Both the position numbers and the translations under genes were made by a program. Below, one piece after another: positions 1-15,102 of a stretch of 64,000 bases of DNA (positions are counted from its first letter, which is position 1; each line of letters begins with the position of its first letter). Where the stretch lies: the NCBI RefSeq assembly GCF_988243305.1, contig NZ_OZ547136.1. One strand, given 5' to 3'. The notes under the pieces are model-generated. The model was not told where the DNA came from. It made no database searches and saw only the letters and a program-made list of their open reading frames with translations.

Positions 1-48
1 TATTTCTGTCACACTCTTTAGTGATTGATAACAAAAGAGGTGCCAGGA

Positions 49-1290
49 ATGAACAAAACGCTAATCGCCGCAACTGTGGCAGGGATAGTTTTACTCGCTT
101 CAAATGCTCAGGCACAAACCGTACCGGAAGGCTATCAGCTGCAGCAAGTGCTCATGATGAGCCGCCATAACTTACGTGCGCCGCTGGCGAACAATGGCAG
201 TGTGCTGGAGCAGTCGACGCCGAATAAATGGCCAGAATGGGACGTCCCCGGTGGGCAACTCACCACCAAAGGTGGCGTGCTCGAAGTGTATATGGGCCAT
301 TACATGCGTGAATGGCTGGCAGAGCAGGGGATGGTAAAATCGGGGGAATGCCCGCCGCCGGACACCGTATATGCCTATGCCAATAGTCTGCAACGTACCG
401 TTGCGACTGCACAGTTCTTTATTACCGGCGCATTCCCCGGGTGTGATATTCCTGTGCATCACCAGGAAAAAATGGGCACTATGGACCCAACCTTTAACCC
501 AGTGATCACCGATGATTCCGCCGCATTCAGTGAACAGGCGGTGGCGGCAATGGAGAAAGAGCTCAGCAAACTCCAGCTTACCGACAGCTACCAGCTACTG
601 GAAAAAATCGTTAACTATAAAGATTCCCCTGCCTGTAAAGAGAAACAACAATGTTCGCTGGTGGATGGCAAAAATACCTTTAGCGCGAAGTATCAACAAG
701 AACCAGGTGTTTCCGGGCCGCTGAAAGTCGGCAACTCGCTGGTAGATGCGTTTACTTTGCAATATTACGAAGGTTTTCCGATGGATCAGGTGGCCTGGGG
801 AGAAATCAAATCTGACCAGCAGTGGAAGGTGTTGTCGAAGCTGAAAAACGGTTACCAGGACAGCCTGTTTACCTCACCGGAAGTGGCGCGCAATGTTGCG
901 AAACCGCTGGTCAGTTATATCGACAAAGCCCTGGTCACCGATCGCACCAGCGCACCGAAAATCACGGTGTTAGTTGGGCACGACTCCAACATTGCCTCTC
1001 TATTAACGGCGCTGGATTTCAAACCGTATCAGTTGCATGACCAGAACGAACGCACGCCGATTGGCGGCAAAATCGTTTTCCAGCGTTGGCATGACAGCAA
1101 AGCCAATCGCGATTTGATGAAAATTGAATATGTGTACCAGAGTGCGGAACAGTTACGTAATGCCGATGCGTTAACCCTTCAGGCACCTGCGCAGCGCGTG
1201 ACGCTGGAATTAAGCGGTTGTCCGATAGATGCCAACGGTTTCTGCCCAATGGATAAGTTTGATAGCGTGTTGAATGAAGCGGTGAAATAA
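49..1290 (+). CDS. agp: periplasmic glucose-1-phosphatase (histidine acid phosphatase family)
   Basis: ORF 25..1290. The internal Met at 49 gives signal peptide [29 protein letters not shown] acid-phosphatase motif present. Sequence recognised as E. coli Agp; synteny with yccJ-wrbA. Confidence 0.93.
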   Translation: MNKTLIAATVAGIVLLASNAQAQTVPEGYQLQQVLMMSRHNLRAPLANNGSVLEQSTPNKWPEWDVPGGQLTTKGGVLEVYMGHYMREWLAEQGMVKSGECPPPDTVYAYANSLQRTVATAQFFITGAFPGCDIPVHHQEKMGTMDPTFNPVITDDSAAFSEQAVAAMEKELSKLQLTDSYQLLEKIVNYKDSPACKEKQQCSLVDGKNTFSAKYQQEPGVSGPLKVGNSLVDAFTLQYYEGFPMDQVAWGEIKSDQQWKVLSKLKNGYQDSLFTSPEVARNVAKPLVSYIDKALVTDRTSAPKITVLVGHDSNIASLLTALDFKPYQLHDQNERTPIGGKIVFQRWHDSKANRDLMKIEYVYQSAEQLRNADALTLQAPAQRVTLELSGCPIDANGFCPMDKFDSVLNEAVK

Positions 1291-1297
1291 CAGAAAA

Positions 1298-1320
1298 CTC
1301 CCCCGCGAGAAGCGGGGGAG
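1298..1320. terminator. GC-rich hairpin between convergent agp and yccJ (likely bidirectional terminator)
   Basis: ctcccccgc-gagaa-gcgggggag perfect 9-bp stem directly after the agp stop codon. Confidence 0.6.
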
Positions 1321-1327
1321 TCGCGTA

Positions 1328-1555
1328 TTAAACGTTTTTACGTTCGATGGTCTGTTCGCCCCAAAAAAGCGAATCTTTATCGGTCTTAGCAAAGGCTTTG
1401 ACTAACACTTCATCGCTACCTTCTTCCCAAATCTTTTCCGCCATTTTTTCGTCGTACCCGGCGACTTCGAAAATGGCCTCGGCTATTTCCGGCGACGTAT
1501 TGCGCAGAGATGCCCATTCACCGACGTGATGAGCTTTCGCTTCTTGAGTTGGCAT
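1328..1555 (-). CDS. yccJ: small conserved protein YccJ
   Basis: 75-aa [22 protein letters not shown]... recognised as YccJ; located upstream of wrbA as in E. coli. Confidence 0.9.
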
Positions 1556-1575
1556 GCGTATCCTCCTGTTGAAGA

Positions 1576-2172
1576 TTAGCCGTTAAGTTTAACTGCCAGA
1601 CCTGCGACATATTCCCCTTGATAACGAGCAATAGACAGTTCTTCCTGGCTGGGCTGGCGTGAACCGTCACCGCCTGCGATGGTGGTTGCGCCGTACGGCG
1701 TACCGCCGCGAACCTGTGAAACGTCAAATAATTCCTGCGCTGCGTAGCCAATGGGGACAATCACCATGCCGTGATGCGCAAGGGTCGTCCAGGTGGATGT
1801 GATGGTTTGTTCCTGACCGCCGCCAGTACCGGTGGAACTAAAGACGCTCGCCAGTTTTCCGTATAGTGCGCCGGAAGCCCACAGGCCGCCCGTCTGGTCG
1901 AGGAAGGTACGCATTTGACCGGACATGTTGCCAAAGCGGGTAGGTGTACCAAAAATAATGGCGTCGTAATCGGCCAGTTCTTGCGGGGTTGCAACCGGTG
2001 CAGTTTGCGTTTTACCACCTGCTTTTTCAAATAATTGCGGCGGCATGGTTTCCGGTACACGCTTAACGACAACTTCTGCGCCATCCACTTCGCTTGCACC
2101 CTCAGCGACTGCGCGTGCCATCGTTTCAATATGTCCGTACATGGAATAATAAAGCACCAGAACTTTAGCCAT
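1576..2172 (-). CDS. wrbA: NAD(P)H:quinone oxidoreductase, flavodoxin-like WrbA
   Basis: 198-aa [22 protein letters not shown]... with the flavodoxin-like fold signature; recognised as WrbA. Confidence 0.95.
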
Positions 2173-2544
2173 TTCTAACCACTCCTCGTGTTATCTCTAT
2201 TCCGTAGCGATTCGCTACCACTTATTTAAAGATAAGACGTCCTTTTCAGAGTGCAAATTTCACAACCACTTATTTGATTTATAACAACTTTCACAAGCAC
2301 GTAATTTTGTCGCAAAATGACACATTTTTATCTCATCGCGTTTTTTTAATCATAAGAGCGGCTTATGGATAATTATTGGAGATGATATCTATTCTCGCTA
2401 AGAAGCTGTTGCAGGATATTACTAAACGCGGGTCTGCCCGCGTCAGTTCACTAAGCTTAGTCCCACGTAGCGAAAATATGGCAGCCGCCATACGCCGCGT
2501 TAATTCTATGCAATATGATGTCTATACCCAGACGGAGGTCAGTA

Positions 2545-2718
2545 ATGGCAAACCATCGAGGCGGTTCCGGCAATTTTGCAGAAGACCGCGAAAGAGCATC
2601 AGAAGCAGGTAAAAAAGGTGGACAGCACAGCGGGGGTAATTTCAAAAATGACCCGCAGCGCGCATCAGAAGCAGGTAAAAAAGGTGGCAAGAGCAGTCAC
2701 GGCAAAAGTGACAACTAG
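2545..2718 (+). CDS. ymdF: KGG-repeat stress-induced protein YmdF
   Basis: Internal Met of ORF 2515..2718 gives the 57-aa MANHRGGSGNFAEDRERASEAGKKGG... with two RASEAGKKGG repeats. Confidence 0.85.
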   Translation: MANHRGGSGNFAEDRERASEAGKKGGQHSGGNFKNDPQRASEAGKKGGKSSHGKSDN

Positions 2719-2772
2719 CCGGACTAATCAGTGACGAATGCATTTTTGTCTGAAGCTCGTCAAAAAGTCATC

Positions 2773-2797
2773 ACCGCCGGTTACCCCGGCGGTTTTC
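2773..2797. terminator. hairpin plus T-tract after ymdF (convergent with rutG)
   Basis: accgccgg-ttac-cccggcggt followed by tttct. Confidence 0.55.
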
Positions 2798-2800
2798 TGT

Positions 2801-4129
2801 TTATGGCTCCTGATGAACAACTTCTGGCGGTGGAACGTCAACCAACCTTCTACTTAACAACGCATTGAGTAAAATCGCGCCAAAGGTTGCTGTACCGATC
2901 CCTCCCAACGTAAAACCGCCCAGCGTGAGAGCAAAATCACCCGCGCCCAGCACTAAGGTTACTGCGACCATAATCAAATTACCGTTCTGGCTTAAATCGA
3001 CACGGTTTTGTACCCAGATCCGTGCGCCTGCGACGGCAATCAGCCCAAACACAACAATTGAAGCACCACCAATCACCGGTGCAGGAATGGTATGGATCAG
3101 CGCGCCAAATTTCGGCGAAAAGCCCAACAGCATGGCGATGACGGCAGCAGCAACAAATACCAGCGTCGAGTAGACTTTGGTCACGGCCATCACACCGATA
3201 TTTTCAGCATAGGTGGTCACGCCGCTACCGCCGACAGAGCCGGAAAGCATCGTTGCCAGACCATCGCCTACGAATGCCCGCCCCATATACGGGTCCATAT
3301 AGCGTCCGGTCATCCCGGCGACCGCCTTGAGATGGCCTAAGTTTTCCGCCACCAGAATCACCGCCACGGGCGCAATCAGCATCATTGCCTGACCATTAAA
3401 AGCCGGAGTGGAAAAATGCGGCAGACCGAACCAGGCAGCATGGCTGACGAGAGTAAAATCGACGGCTTTTCCCAGCCCTAAAACGTTGGTCATCACGCCA
3501 TACAGCAGACAGGCGACAATTAATCCTACGAGAATCAATAATCGCTGGATCATGCCACGTGTAAACACCGCCACCAGCCCAATACACAGCACCGTCATTA
3601 CCGCCATCCAGCTATCAAAGGCCGAAGCCGATACACTTTTCACTGCGATAGGCGCTAAGTTCAGGCCAATCGCCATCACCACCGCACCCGTCACCACCGG
3701 CGGCATCAGCCGTTCAATCCAGCGCGTACCGATTTTCATCACCACCAGGCCAATGACGGTATAAACCAGCCCACAGGTGATAATCCCGCCCAGCGCAATG
3801 CTGATATTCGGGTTAATGCCCTGACCGTTAAAGCCCGTCGCGGCAATCACCACGCCGACAAAAGCCGCGCTGGAACCGAGATAACTGGGGACGCACCCGC
3901 CGGTAATAAAGAAAAACAGTAACGTGCCGATCCCCGACATTAAAATGGAAAGGTTGGGATCCAGCCCCATCAGAATCGGCATTAACACCGTCGCGCCAAA
4001 CATCGCCACCGCGTGTTGAACGCCCATTATTGCCGTCTGAGCAAACGGCAATCGTTCATCCGGCGCGACCACGCCGCTCTCTGTAGAGGTCGATTTTAAC
4101 TGCCAGTGAGGAAAACCGAACATTGCCAT
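2801..4129 (-). CDS. rutG: pyrimidine (uracil/thymine) permease, NCS2 family
   Basis: ORF 2801..4156; Met at 4129 gives the 442-aa MAMFGFPHWQLKSTST... polytopic membrane protein recognised as RutG; last gene of the rut operon. Confidence 0.9.
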   Translation of the reverse strand: MAMFGFPHWQLKSTSTESGVVAPDERLPFAQTAIMGVQHAVAMFGATVLMPILMGLDPNLSILMSGIGTLLFFFITGGCVPSYLGSSAAFVGVVIAATGFNGQGINPNISIALGGIITCGLVYTVIGLVVMKIGTRWIERLMPPVVTGAVVMAIGLNLAPIAVKSVSASAFDSWMAVMTVLCIGLVAVFTRGMIQRLLILVGLIVACLLYGVMTNVLGLGKAVDFTLVSHAAWFGLPHFSTPAFNGQAMMLIAPVAVILVAENLGHLKAVAGMTGRYMDPYMGRAFVGDGLATMLSGSVGGSGVTTYAENIGVMAVTKVYSTLVFVAAAVIAMLLGFSPKFGALIHTIPAPVIGGASIVVFGLIAVAGARIWVQNRVDLSQNGNLIMVAVTLVLGAGDFALTLGGFTLGGIGTATFGAILLNALLSRRLVDVPPPEVVHQEP

Positions 4130-4149
4130 CAGCTGTCTCCTTAAGGAGG

Positions 4150-4644
4150 TTAACAAGCAGGGCGCATCAACGCGTGATAACTGCGATCAAACCACACCAG
4201 CCCGTAGGGGGTGGCGTGACGATGAATCGCTTCGATGGCGCAAAACAGAATGTCGTGGGTGCCGACGCTCACCACCTGGCTGATACGGCAGTCAAACGAA
4301 ACCAGAGCCTCCTCCAGTTGCGGGCATCCGGTCACACCAGTCTGCCAGCGGGCGGCGGCAAAGCGGTGTTCCATGGGCGTTTTGCCGCCAAAAAGGTTTG
4401 AAAGCGGCTCCTGCCCGGCGCTAAGTGTATTTACACACAGCGTTCGATTTTCATTGAATACCGGCCAGACGGACGCCCCACGATTCAGGCACACCAGTAA
4501 TGTGGGCGGCGTATCGGTCACGCTGCAGACGGCGCTGGCGGTGAACCCGGCGCGCCCGGCTGGACCGTCCGTGGTGATAATATTGACCGCCGCGCCCATG
4601 CAGGACATCGCATCGCGAAAAGTTTGTTGATCGACAATGTTCAT
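4150..4644 (-). CDS. rutF: FMN reductase of the Rut pathway
   Basis: 164-aa flavin reductase-like ORF; position in the rutA-G operon. Confidence 0.9.
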
Positions 4645-4654
4645 AGTTTGCTCC

Positions 4655-5245
4655 TTACATCAGCCCGCAGGCTTCTTCAAAGGACAGACGTGGCAGGCGC
4701 GCATAAAGCTTGCTGCTATCGCCATAGCCGATATTAATCAGCAGATTGCTCTTCAGCGTGCTGCCCGTAAAAAAGGCGTCGTCCACGTGTTGACGATCAA
4801 AGCCGGACATCGGGCCGGTATCCAGCCCCAGCGCCCGGCAGGCGACGATCAGATAGGCCGCCTGCATGGAACTGTTGCGAAACGCTGTTTCTTCGGCAAG
4901 TTGTGGGCTGGAGGTAAACCAACTGCGGGCATCGCCGTGAGGAAACAGCTGTGGTAACCGTTCATAAAATTCACTGTCCCAGGCGACGATCGCGGTGACG
5001 GGCGCGGTCAGGGTTTTTTGCAGATTGCCGCTGGAAAGCGCCGGGCGCAGACGTTCTTTTCCTTCTGCAGTGCGGATAAACACGATCCGTGCCGGAGAAC
5101 AGTTAGCTGATGTCGGCCCCCATTTCATCAGGGCATAAATCTCCCGTAACGTCTCATCGCTGACGGGTGTCTCCCGCCAGCCGTTGTGAGTGCGGGCATC
5201 GGTGAATAGGGTGCTAAGCGCACCAGGGCTAACGGCTTCGTTCAT
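4655..5245 (-). CDS. rutE: nitroreductase-family malonic semialdehyde reductase
   Basis: 196-aa nitroreductase-like ORF in rut operon order. Confidence 0.9.
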   Translation of the reverse strand: MNEAVSPGALSTLFTDARTHNGWRETPVSDETLREIYALMKWGPTSANCSPARIVFIRTAEGKERLRPALSSGNLQKTLTAPVTAIVAWDSEFYERLPQLFPHGDARSWFTSSPQLAEETAFRNSSMQAAYLIVACRALGLDTGPMSGFDRQHVDDAFFTGSTLKSNLLINIGYGDSSKLYARLPRLSFEEACGLM

Positions 5246-6054
5246 AGCAATTCCTTACAGGCGGCTTCACGGTGATGTAACAGGCTGGCAAGCCCGTTGA
5301 GTAACAGAGCATTAAACGTTTCGGGATCGGTCACGTTGCAGGCGTGTCCGCCATAGCGCATCACCATTTTCTGGCTATCGGGCAGGGCGGCATGAAGTTC
5401 ACTGGAACATGCTGATGGCACCAGCAGATCATCACTGGCGCAGATGATTTGCACCTGGCAGCGGATGCGATCCGCATGGTGACTAAAGTCAGCGCGTTTG
5501 AGGGCGTTAAGTCGACGCAGTAAATTATTTTTGCCCTGAAAATGCGCCAGTGCCAGCGCGTCTTCTGCCTCCAGGCGAGGTGCGCGGGCCGCTATCCAGT
5601 CGGCGGGATAGAGGAACAACGGCTGCGCTTCCACCCATGCCTGCGCGCCGCCGCTATGTAGTAACTGCTCGCGAACCTGAAAACAGCGGCGCGTATGGGC
5701 GTTTATTCGTAGCCAGCCGTTAACGCTGACCAGCACAGTTACCGACGCGGGATAATCCAGCGCCAGCTGCATTCCCACCAGCGCACCGAGCGCATGGCCG
5801 ACCACCGCGTAACGCTCAATCCCTACGGTTACCAGCGCCTGATGCAGTTCCGCTGCCATCTGGGTGATACTGTAATCTTCTGCCAGCGTGTCGGGATTAT
5901 TGCCGGTGCCGCGCTGGTCGTAACAGACTATCTGATACTCCTGCTCCAGCACCGCCAGTTGCGGTAACCAGTAACTGCCGCTACCGCCAAGACCCGAAAT
6001 CAACACCACTACGGGCGCATCAGCATAAGGGGGAGGTGAGAGTGAAAGTTTCAT
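5242..6054 (-). CDS. rutD: alpha/beta-hydrolase RutD
   Basis: ORF 5242..6081; Met at 6054 gives [26 protein letters not shown]... with the GHALGA nucleophile elbow. The start codon choice is uncertain. Confidence 0.85.
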   Translation of the reverse strand: MKLSLSPPPYADAPVVVLISGLGGSGSYWLPQLAVLEQEYQIVCYDQRGTGNNPDTLAEDYSITQMAAELHQALVTVGIERYAVVGHALGALVGMQLALDYPASVTVLVSVNGWLRINAHTRRCFQVREQLLHSGGAQAWVEAQPLFLYPADWIAARAPRLEAEDALALAHFQGKNNLLRRLNALKRADFSHHADRIRCQVQIICASDDLLVPSACSSELHAALPDSQKMVMRYGGHACNVTDPETFNALLLNGLASLLHHREAACKELL

Positions 6055-6061
6055 CGCGGCC

Positions 6062-6448
6062 TCACTTGGCGATATGCGCAATTGTGGCGATTTCCACCAG
6101 CGCGTCAGGTTTTACCAGTCCGCACTGAATGCAGAATCGCGCCGGTTTATCACCCGGAAAAAACTCGGCGTAGATTTCGTTAATCGCGGCGTAATTTTTC
6201 CAGTCGGTAATAAAGATGCTGTTGAAGGTCACGTCCGCCATCGTGCCACCCGCCGTCTCGATCACCTTGCGGATGGTTTCCAGAACGTGGCGGGTTTGCG
6301 CCTTTGGGTCATCGGCAAACAGCACGTTATTATGTTGATCAAAAGCCAGCGTACCGGAGACATACACCACGCCATCCGCCAGCGTGCCGGGAACGAAGGG
6401 AGCCAGCGGTGCGCTGCTGCCAGCGGGAATAATTACGGATTTTGGCAT
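6062..6448 (-). CDS. rutC: RidA/YjgF-family aminoacrylate peracid reductase
   Basis: 128-aa RidA-like ORF; rut operon order. Confidence 0.9.
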
Positions 6449-6459
6449 CGTTAAACTCC

Positions 6460-8300
<1,841 letters not shown>

Positions 8301-8530
8301 ATCCTTTTCAGCCGCGTAATGGTTTGTTTGCAAAGCGGATGCCAGTTTTTAAAAAGTGAATGTTATTAATATGTTAATGTTAAGTTGTCTAAAATATCTG
8401 GAAAAAAGTGGACTAAACGGTCAAAACAGTTGCACATAAAACATGCATCCGTGCGCGATGAAAGTGCAGAAGGTCGAGGCCGGGCAGGGGTTTTGCTATC
8501 CTGTTGCCAATCTACAAGAGGGGAGAGCGC

Positions 8531-9169
8531 ATGACGCAAGGCGCAGTGAAAACAACGGGTAAACGTTCGCGCGCAGTGAGCGCGAAGAAAAAAGCGATTC
8601 TTAGCGCAGCACTGGACACTTTTTCACAATTCGGTTTTCACGGCACAAGGCTGGAGCAGATCGCAGAGTTGGCAGGCGTTTCAAAAACCAATTTGCTGTA
8701 TTACTTCCCGTCAAAAGAGGCGCTGTATATAGCCGTACTGCGGCAGATTCTCGATATCTGGCTGGCACCGTTAAAAGCGTTTCGTGAAGATTTCGCCCCG
8801 CTGGCGGCGATCAAAGAGTACATCCGTCTGAAGCTGGAAGTCTCACGCGATTATCCGCAGGCTTCACGTCTGTTTTGTATGGAGATGCTGGCAGGCGCAC
8901 CGCTGTTAATGGATGAACTGACGGGTGATTTGAAAGCATTAATTGATGAGAAATCGGCGCTGATTGCCGGTTGGGTCAAAAGCGGCAAACTCGCGCCGAT
9001 TGATCCGCAGCATTTGATTTTTATGATTTGGGCTTCCACTCAACATTACGCCGATTTCGCCCCTCAGGTGGAGGCGGTGACAGGCGCGACGTTGCGCGAT
9101 GAGGTATTTTTCAATCAAACGGTTGAAAACGTGCAGCGGATTATTATTGAGGGGATTCGACCACGTTAA
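8531..9169 (+). CDS. rutR: TetR-family repressor of the rut operon
   Basis: ORF 8504..9169; Met at 8531 gives the 212-aa MTQGAVKTTGKRSRAVSAKKKAIL... with a TetR HTH; divergent from rutA. Confidence 0.9.
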   Translation: MTQGAVKTTGKRSRAVSAKKKAILSAALDTFSQFGFHGTRLEQIAELAGVSKTNLLYYFPSKEALYIAVLRQILDIWLAPLKAFREDFAPLAAIKEYIRLKLEVSRDYPQASRLFCMEMLAGAPLLMDELTGDLKALIDEKSALIAGWVKSGKLAPIDPQHLIFMIWASTQHYADFAPQVEAVTGATLRDEVFFNQTVENVQRIIIEGIRPR

Positions 9170-9208
9170 AGATGCCGGAGGAGGTTGTAACATCCTCCGG
9201 CTTCCTGC

Positions 9209-12200
9209 TTAACCGATCGTCATTAAACTGGCGTTACCGCCAGCGGCAGCGGTATTCACACTCAGCGAACGCTCGATATACAGCCGTTCCAGCAGGATAT
9301 TGCTTTCGCCACGGGCAAAACCCTGCACCGAAACAATTGCGCCATCCCGCGCGGCAACTGCTTCACACAATGCGCGAAGCTGATCCGAATCACCGTGGAA
9401 GATCACCGCATCAAACGGTTGAGCGGTTATATTTTCCGCTTTCGCCAGTTGAATACGTTCGCTGACTGCCGATGGCAATGCCTTCACTAACTGACGATGC
9501 AGCGCGTCATCCGGCCACAGCACCTGGCTGCCCACCGCCAGCACGGCGGCGAGCTGAGTCAGCGCATCCTGCTCATCATCCGCAATACACAACACGCGCT
9601 CGCGCGGCAGCAGCGTCCAGGTGTTGCGTTCACCCGTCGGCCCTGGCAGCAATCGTTGTGTTCCTGCCTGCGCCAGCTCGCCATATTGCGTACATAACGC
9701 CTGCAATTCTGGACGGTTTGCCGCCCATTCCCGCAGTGCATTTAGCGGCTGAGTCAATGCGGCTTTCAACTGCGCATCGACCGGATACTCTGCATCCTGA
9801 CGCGCGAGCGTCACTGCCAGTGCACTTTCCGGGCGATTCGCCAGCAGACGGTAGAGATAGAGCGGACCGCCTGCTTTCGGCCCGGTGCCGGACAACCCTT
9901 CGCCGCCGAATGGCTGCACCCCGACCACTGCGCCCACCATATTACGGTTAACGTACAGGTTACCGACATGGGCCGAGCCAGTGACCTGGGCGATGGTTTC
10001 ATCAATGCGCGTATGGACGCCAAGCGTCAGACCATAACCGGAAGCGTTAATTTGCTCGATCAGCTCCGGCAGCTGGTTACGGTTATAACGCACCACATGC
10101 AGCACCGGACCAAAGACCTCTTTTTGCAATTCGGCAAAGTCATCCAGTTCAATCAGCGTCGGGGCGACAAAGGTGCCGCTTTGCCATTCACGGGCATCTT
10201 CACTGTTTTCCCGCACTGCCTGGAACACCGGACGGCCTTTACTACGCATAGTCTGAATATGACGCTCAATATTGGCTTTCGCTTCGCTATCAATCACCGG
10301 ACCGATATCGGTGGTCAGGCGACCAGGATTACCCATCCGGCATTCGGCCATTGCGCCGCGCAGCATTTTCAACGTGTGGTCGGCAATCTCATCTTGCAGG
10401 CACAGCACGCGCAGTGCCGAACAACGCTGGCCCGCACTGTCGAACGCTGAGGCCAGCACATCTATTACGACTTGTTCGGTCAGGGCGGAGGAGTCGACAA
10501 TCATCGCGTTCATGCCGCCGGTTTCCGCGATGAGCGGAATAGGGCGACCCTGAGCGTCCAGGCGGCTGGCGATATTGCGTTGCAGTAACGTAGCGACTTC
10601 GGTTGAACCGGTAAACATCACCCCGCGCACGCGATCATCACCCGTCAGTTGCGCGCCCACGGTTTCCCCCTGACCTGGCAGCAATTGCACCACGCCTGGT
10701 GGTACACCCGCTTCCAGCAAAATTGCGATCCCTTGCGCGGCAATCAGCGGCGTTTGTTCTGCCGGTTTTGCCAGCACGCTGTTACCTGCCGCCAGTGCGG
10801 CGGCGATCTGCCCGGTGAAAATAGCCAGCGGGAAGTTCCACGGACTGATACACACCACAGGCCCTAATGGACGGTGGGTTTCGTTAGCGAAATCATCCCG
10901 CACCTGTCCGGCGTAGTAGTGGAGAAAATCGACCGCTTCGCGCACTTCGGCAATGGCGTTACTGAAGGTTTTTCCGGCCTCACGCACCAGAATACCAATC
11001 AGTTGCTGCATCTGGCTTTCCATCAGCACGGCAGCGCGATGCAAAATCGCCGCGCGTTCAGCCGGAGGCGTGGCAAACCAGATTGGCGCGTTATTAACCG
11101 CACTTTCCAGCGCCAGTTCTACTTCACGCGGCGTGGCTTCACGCACATAGCCCACAATATCTTTCGGTTCCGCAGGGTTAATAACGGGCGACATCTCACC
11201 AGCCGTGACCGGTTGTTCCAGCATTGGCAAGGCCTGCCATTTTTGCAGTGCACTATTGAGCAGGGCAGAAGAGAGCGAGGCCAGACGGTGTTCGTTAGCG
11301 AGATCCAGCCCTGCCGAGTTGTCGCGCCCGTGACCGTAAAGATCGCGCGGCAGGGGAATTTTCGGATGCGGTAATCCAGTTTGCCCTTCCTGTTGCGCCA
11401 GTTTTTCTACAGCAGTGACCGGATCGGCGACCAGTTCATCCAGTGGCAAAGAGGTGTCGGCAATACGGTTAACAAACGAGGTGTTAGCACCGTTTTCCAG
11501 CAGGCGGCGCACCAGATACGCCAGCAGCGTTTCATGTGTGCCAACCGGGGCATAAATACGACACGGACGGTTAAGTTTGCCGTCGGCAACTTTCCCGGTG
11601 ACCTGCTCATACAGTGGCTCGCCCATACCATGCAGGCACTGGAACTCGTACTGACCCGGATAGTAGTTTTGACCCGCCAGTTGATAAATTGCCGCCAGCG
11701 TATGGGCGTTGTGCGTCGCGAACTGCGGGTAGATTAAATTCGGCACCGCCAGCAGCTTTTTCGCACAGGCGAGATATGAAACGTCGGTATACACCTTGCG
11801 GGTATAAACCGGATAACCTTCAAGGCCGTCCATCTGTGCACGCTTGATTTCACTATCCCAGTACGCGCCTTTCACCAGGCGAATCATCAGACGGCGACGG
11901 CTGCGGGTGGCGAGATCAATCAGGTAATCAATCACCAACGGACAGCGTTTTTGATAAGCCTGAATAACAAAACCGATGCCGTTCCAGCCTGCCAGTTCCG
12001 GCTCGAAACAGAGTTTTTCCAGCAGATCGAGGGAGATCTCCAGACGATCGGCCTCTTCGGCATCGATGTTAATACCAATATCGTACTGACGCGCCAGCAG
12101 GGTGAGTGATTTCAGACGCGGGTAAAGCTCTTCCATTACCCGATCATACTGGGCGCGGCTGTAACGCGGATGCAGCGCCGACAGCTTGATTGAAATGCCC

Positions 12201-13171
12201 GGACCTTCATAGATGCCACGACCATTGGACGCTTTACCAATGGCGTGAATCGCCTGCTGATAGGAAACCATATACGCCTGTGCATCTGCGGCAGTCAGCG
12301 CGGCTTCGCCCAGCATGTCGTAAGAGTAACGGAAACCTTTCTCTTCCAGCTTGCGGGCATTGGCTAACGCTTCCGCGATGGTTTCGCCAGTGACGAACTG
12401 CTCGCCCATCAGGCGCATCGCCATATCCACACCTTTGCGGATCAGCGGTTCACCGCTCTTACCGATAATGCGGTTCAGCGAGCGGGAGAGGCTGGCTTCG
12501 TTATGGGTGGAAACCAGTTTGCCGGTAAACAGCAGCCCCCAGGTGGCGGCATTAACAAACAGGGACGGGCTACGACCAATGTGTGACTGCCAGTTACCGT
12601 TGCTGATTTTGTCGCGAATTAACGCATCACGGGTGGCTTTGTCGGGAATACGCAACAACGCTTCTGCCAGACACATCAGCGCCACGCCTTCCTGCGATGA
12701 CAGCGAAAACTCCTGCAATAACCCCTGGACCATACCTGCGCGACCACTGGCATTTTTTTGATTACGCAGTTTATCGGCCAGTTGATATGCCAGTTTATGC
12801 GCCTGTTCAGCAACTGGCTGCGGCAGGCGGGCTTGTTCCAGCAGCATCGAAACCGCTTCGGTTTCCGGGCGGCGATAGGCCGCGGTGATCGCGGCGCGGG
12901 AAACCGACTGGGGCAAAATTTGCTCGGCAAAGTCGAGGAATGGCTGGTGTGGTTCCTCTGCCGGAGTCGGTGCTTCATCGCTCTCATTGGCAGCGCCAGA
13001 AAGCAGCGCAGGTAGCTCCGGCAGAGTATCGCTGTTTTCCAGTTGTTCGAGATAAGAAAAAATCGCCTGCTTAATTAACCAGTGTGGTGTGCGATCGATA
13101 CGTGTCGCGGCAGACTTAATACGCTCACGCGTCGCGTCGTCCAGCTTAACCCCCATGGTGGTGGTTCCCAT
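9209..13171 (-). CDS. putA: trifunctional PutA: proline dehydrogenase / P5C dehydrogenase / transcriptional repressor
   Basis: ORF 9209..13237; Met at 13171 gives the 1320-aa MGTTTMGVKLDDATRERIKSAATRIDRTPHWLIKQAI... (ribbon-helix-helix N-terminus). Aldehyde dehydrogenase motifs in the C-terminal half. Divergent from putP. Confidence 0.95.
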   Translation of the reverse strand: MGTTTMGVKLDDATRERIKSAATRIDRTPHWLIKQAIFSYLEQLENSDTLPELPALLSGAANESDEAPTPAEEPHQPFLDFAEQILPQSVSRAAITAAYRRPETEAVSMLLEQARLPQPVAEQAHKLAYQLADKLRNQKNASGRAGMVQGLLQEFSLSSQEGVALMCLAEALLRIPDKATRDALIRDKISNGNWQSHIGRSPSLFVNAATWGLLFTGKLVSTHNEASLSRSLNRIIGKSGEPLIRKGVDMAMRLMGEQFVTGETIAEALANARKLEEKGFRYSYDMLGEAALTAADAQAYMVSYQQAIHAIGKASNGRGIYEGPGISIKLSALHPRYSRAQYDRVMEELYPRLKSLTLLARQYDIGINIDAEEADRLEISLDLLEKLCFEPELAGWNGIGFVIQAYQKRCPLVIDYLIDLATRSRRRLMIRLVKGAYWDSEIKRAQMDGLEGYPVYTRKVYTDVSYLACAKKLLAVPNLIYPQFATHNAHTLAAIYQLAGQNYYPGQYEFQCLHGMGEPLYEQVTGKVADGKLNRPCRIYAPVGTHETLLAYLVRRLLENGANTSFVNRIADTSLPLDELVADPVTAVEKLAQQEGQTGLPHPKIPLPRDLYGHGRDNSAGLDLANEHRLASLSSALLNSALQKWQALPMLEQPVTAGEMSPVINPAEPKDIVGYVREATPREVELALESAVNNAPIWFATPPAERAAILHRAAVLMESQMQQLIGILVREAGKTFSNAIAEVREAVDFLHYYAGQVRDDFANETHRPLGPVVCISPWNFPLAIFTGQIAAALAAGNSVLAKPAEQTPLIAAQGIAILLEAGVPPGVVQLLPGQGETVGAQLTGDDRVRGVMFTGSTEVATLLQRNIASRLDAQGRPIPLIAETGGMNAMIVDSSALTEQVVIDVLASAFDSAGQRCSALRVLCLQDEIADHTLKMLRGAMAECRMGNPGRLTTDIGPVIDSEAKANIERHIQTMRSKGRPVFQAVRENSEDAREWQSGTFVAPTLIELDDFAELQKEVFGPVLHVVRYNRNQLPELIEQINASGYGLTLGVHTRIDETIAQVTGSAHVGNLYVNRNMVGAVVGVQPFGGEGLSGTGPKAGGPLYLYRLLANRPESALAVTLARQDAEYPVDAQLKAALTQPLNALREWAANRPELQALCTQYGELAQAGTQRLLPGPTGERNTWTLLPRERVLCIADDEQDALTQLAAVLAVGSQVLWPDDALHRQLVKALPSAVSERIQLAKAENITAQPFDAVIFHGDSDQLRALCEAVAARDGAIVSVQGFARGESNILLERLYIERSLSVNTAAAGGNASLMTIG

Positions 13172-13197
13172 GCCATTACTCCTGTTGTTCTGAAAGG

Positions 13198-13406
13198 TGC
13201 AACTTAACGTTATCGTGAAATATCCATTATGTTGCAACTTTGTGCAACCATGTTAAATGTGACCTACGTAGCAAGCTTAAAAATGAATGAAATGTTAATA
13301 AAAGAAATCGATATGACAGGGATTAAAAAAATAACTCAGACTTTTTCTCTGCGGCAGTTAACATTTTTGAAAGGTGCAACCGCAAAAAATGTGAGAGAGT
13401 GCAACC
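13198..13406. promoter_or_regulatory. put control region with five PutA operator half-sites (GTTGCA / TGCAAC)
   Basis: TGCAAC/GTTGCA hexamers begin at 13199, 13231, 13243, 13375 and 13400 in the putA-putP divergent intergenic region. This matches the known PutA GTTGCA operator motif and the known number of sites. Confidence 0.7.
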
Positions 13407-13593
13407 TGATGAAAAATAGTGTCGCTGAGCACTAAAATTTAATGTAAATGGTGTGTTAAATCGATTGTGAATAACCAGCGCTTCCGGCAGGATACGGTCG
13501 CCCTGGTAAAACATAAACTCTGCTACCCCGTTCCGGTGGCAGATATAACGGCAAGTTTCGACATTGCCGATAATAATTTTTTGGAGACTTTAG

Positions 13594-15102
<1,509 letters not shown>

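Noticed and set aside
9472-13015. Numerous 60-166-aa ORFs on the plus strand, and in alternative minus frames, inside putA (e.g. 9472..9951, 9968..10450, 10874..11374, 12351..12761)
   Set aside because: They are shadow ORFs of a GC-rich, well-recognised 1320-aa gene. Their translations are Arg/Pro/Ala-rich low-complexity sequences, with no RBS and no family resemblance.
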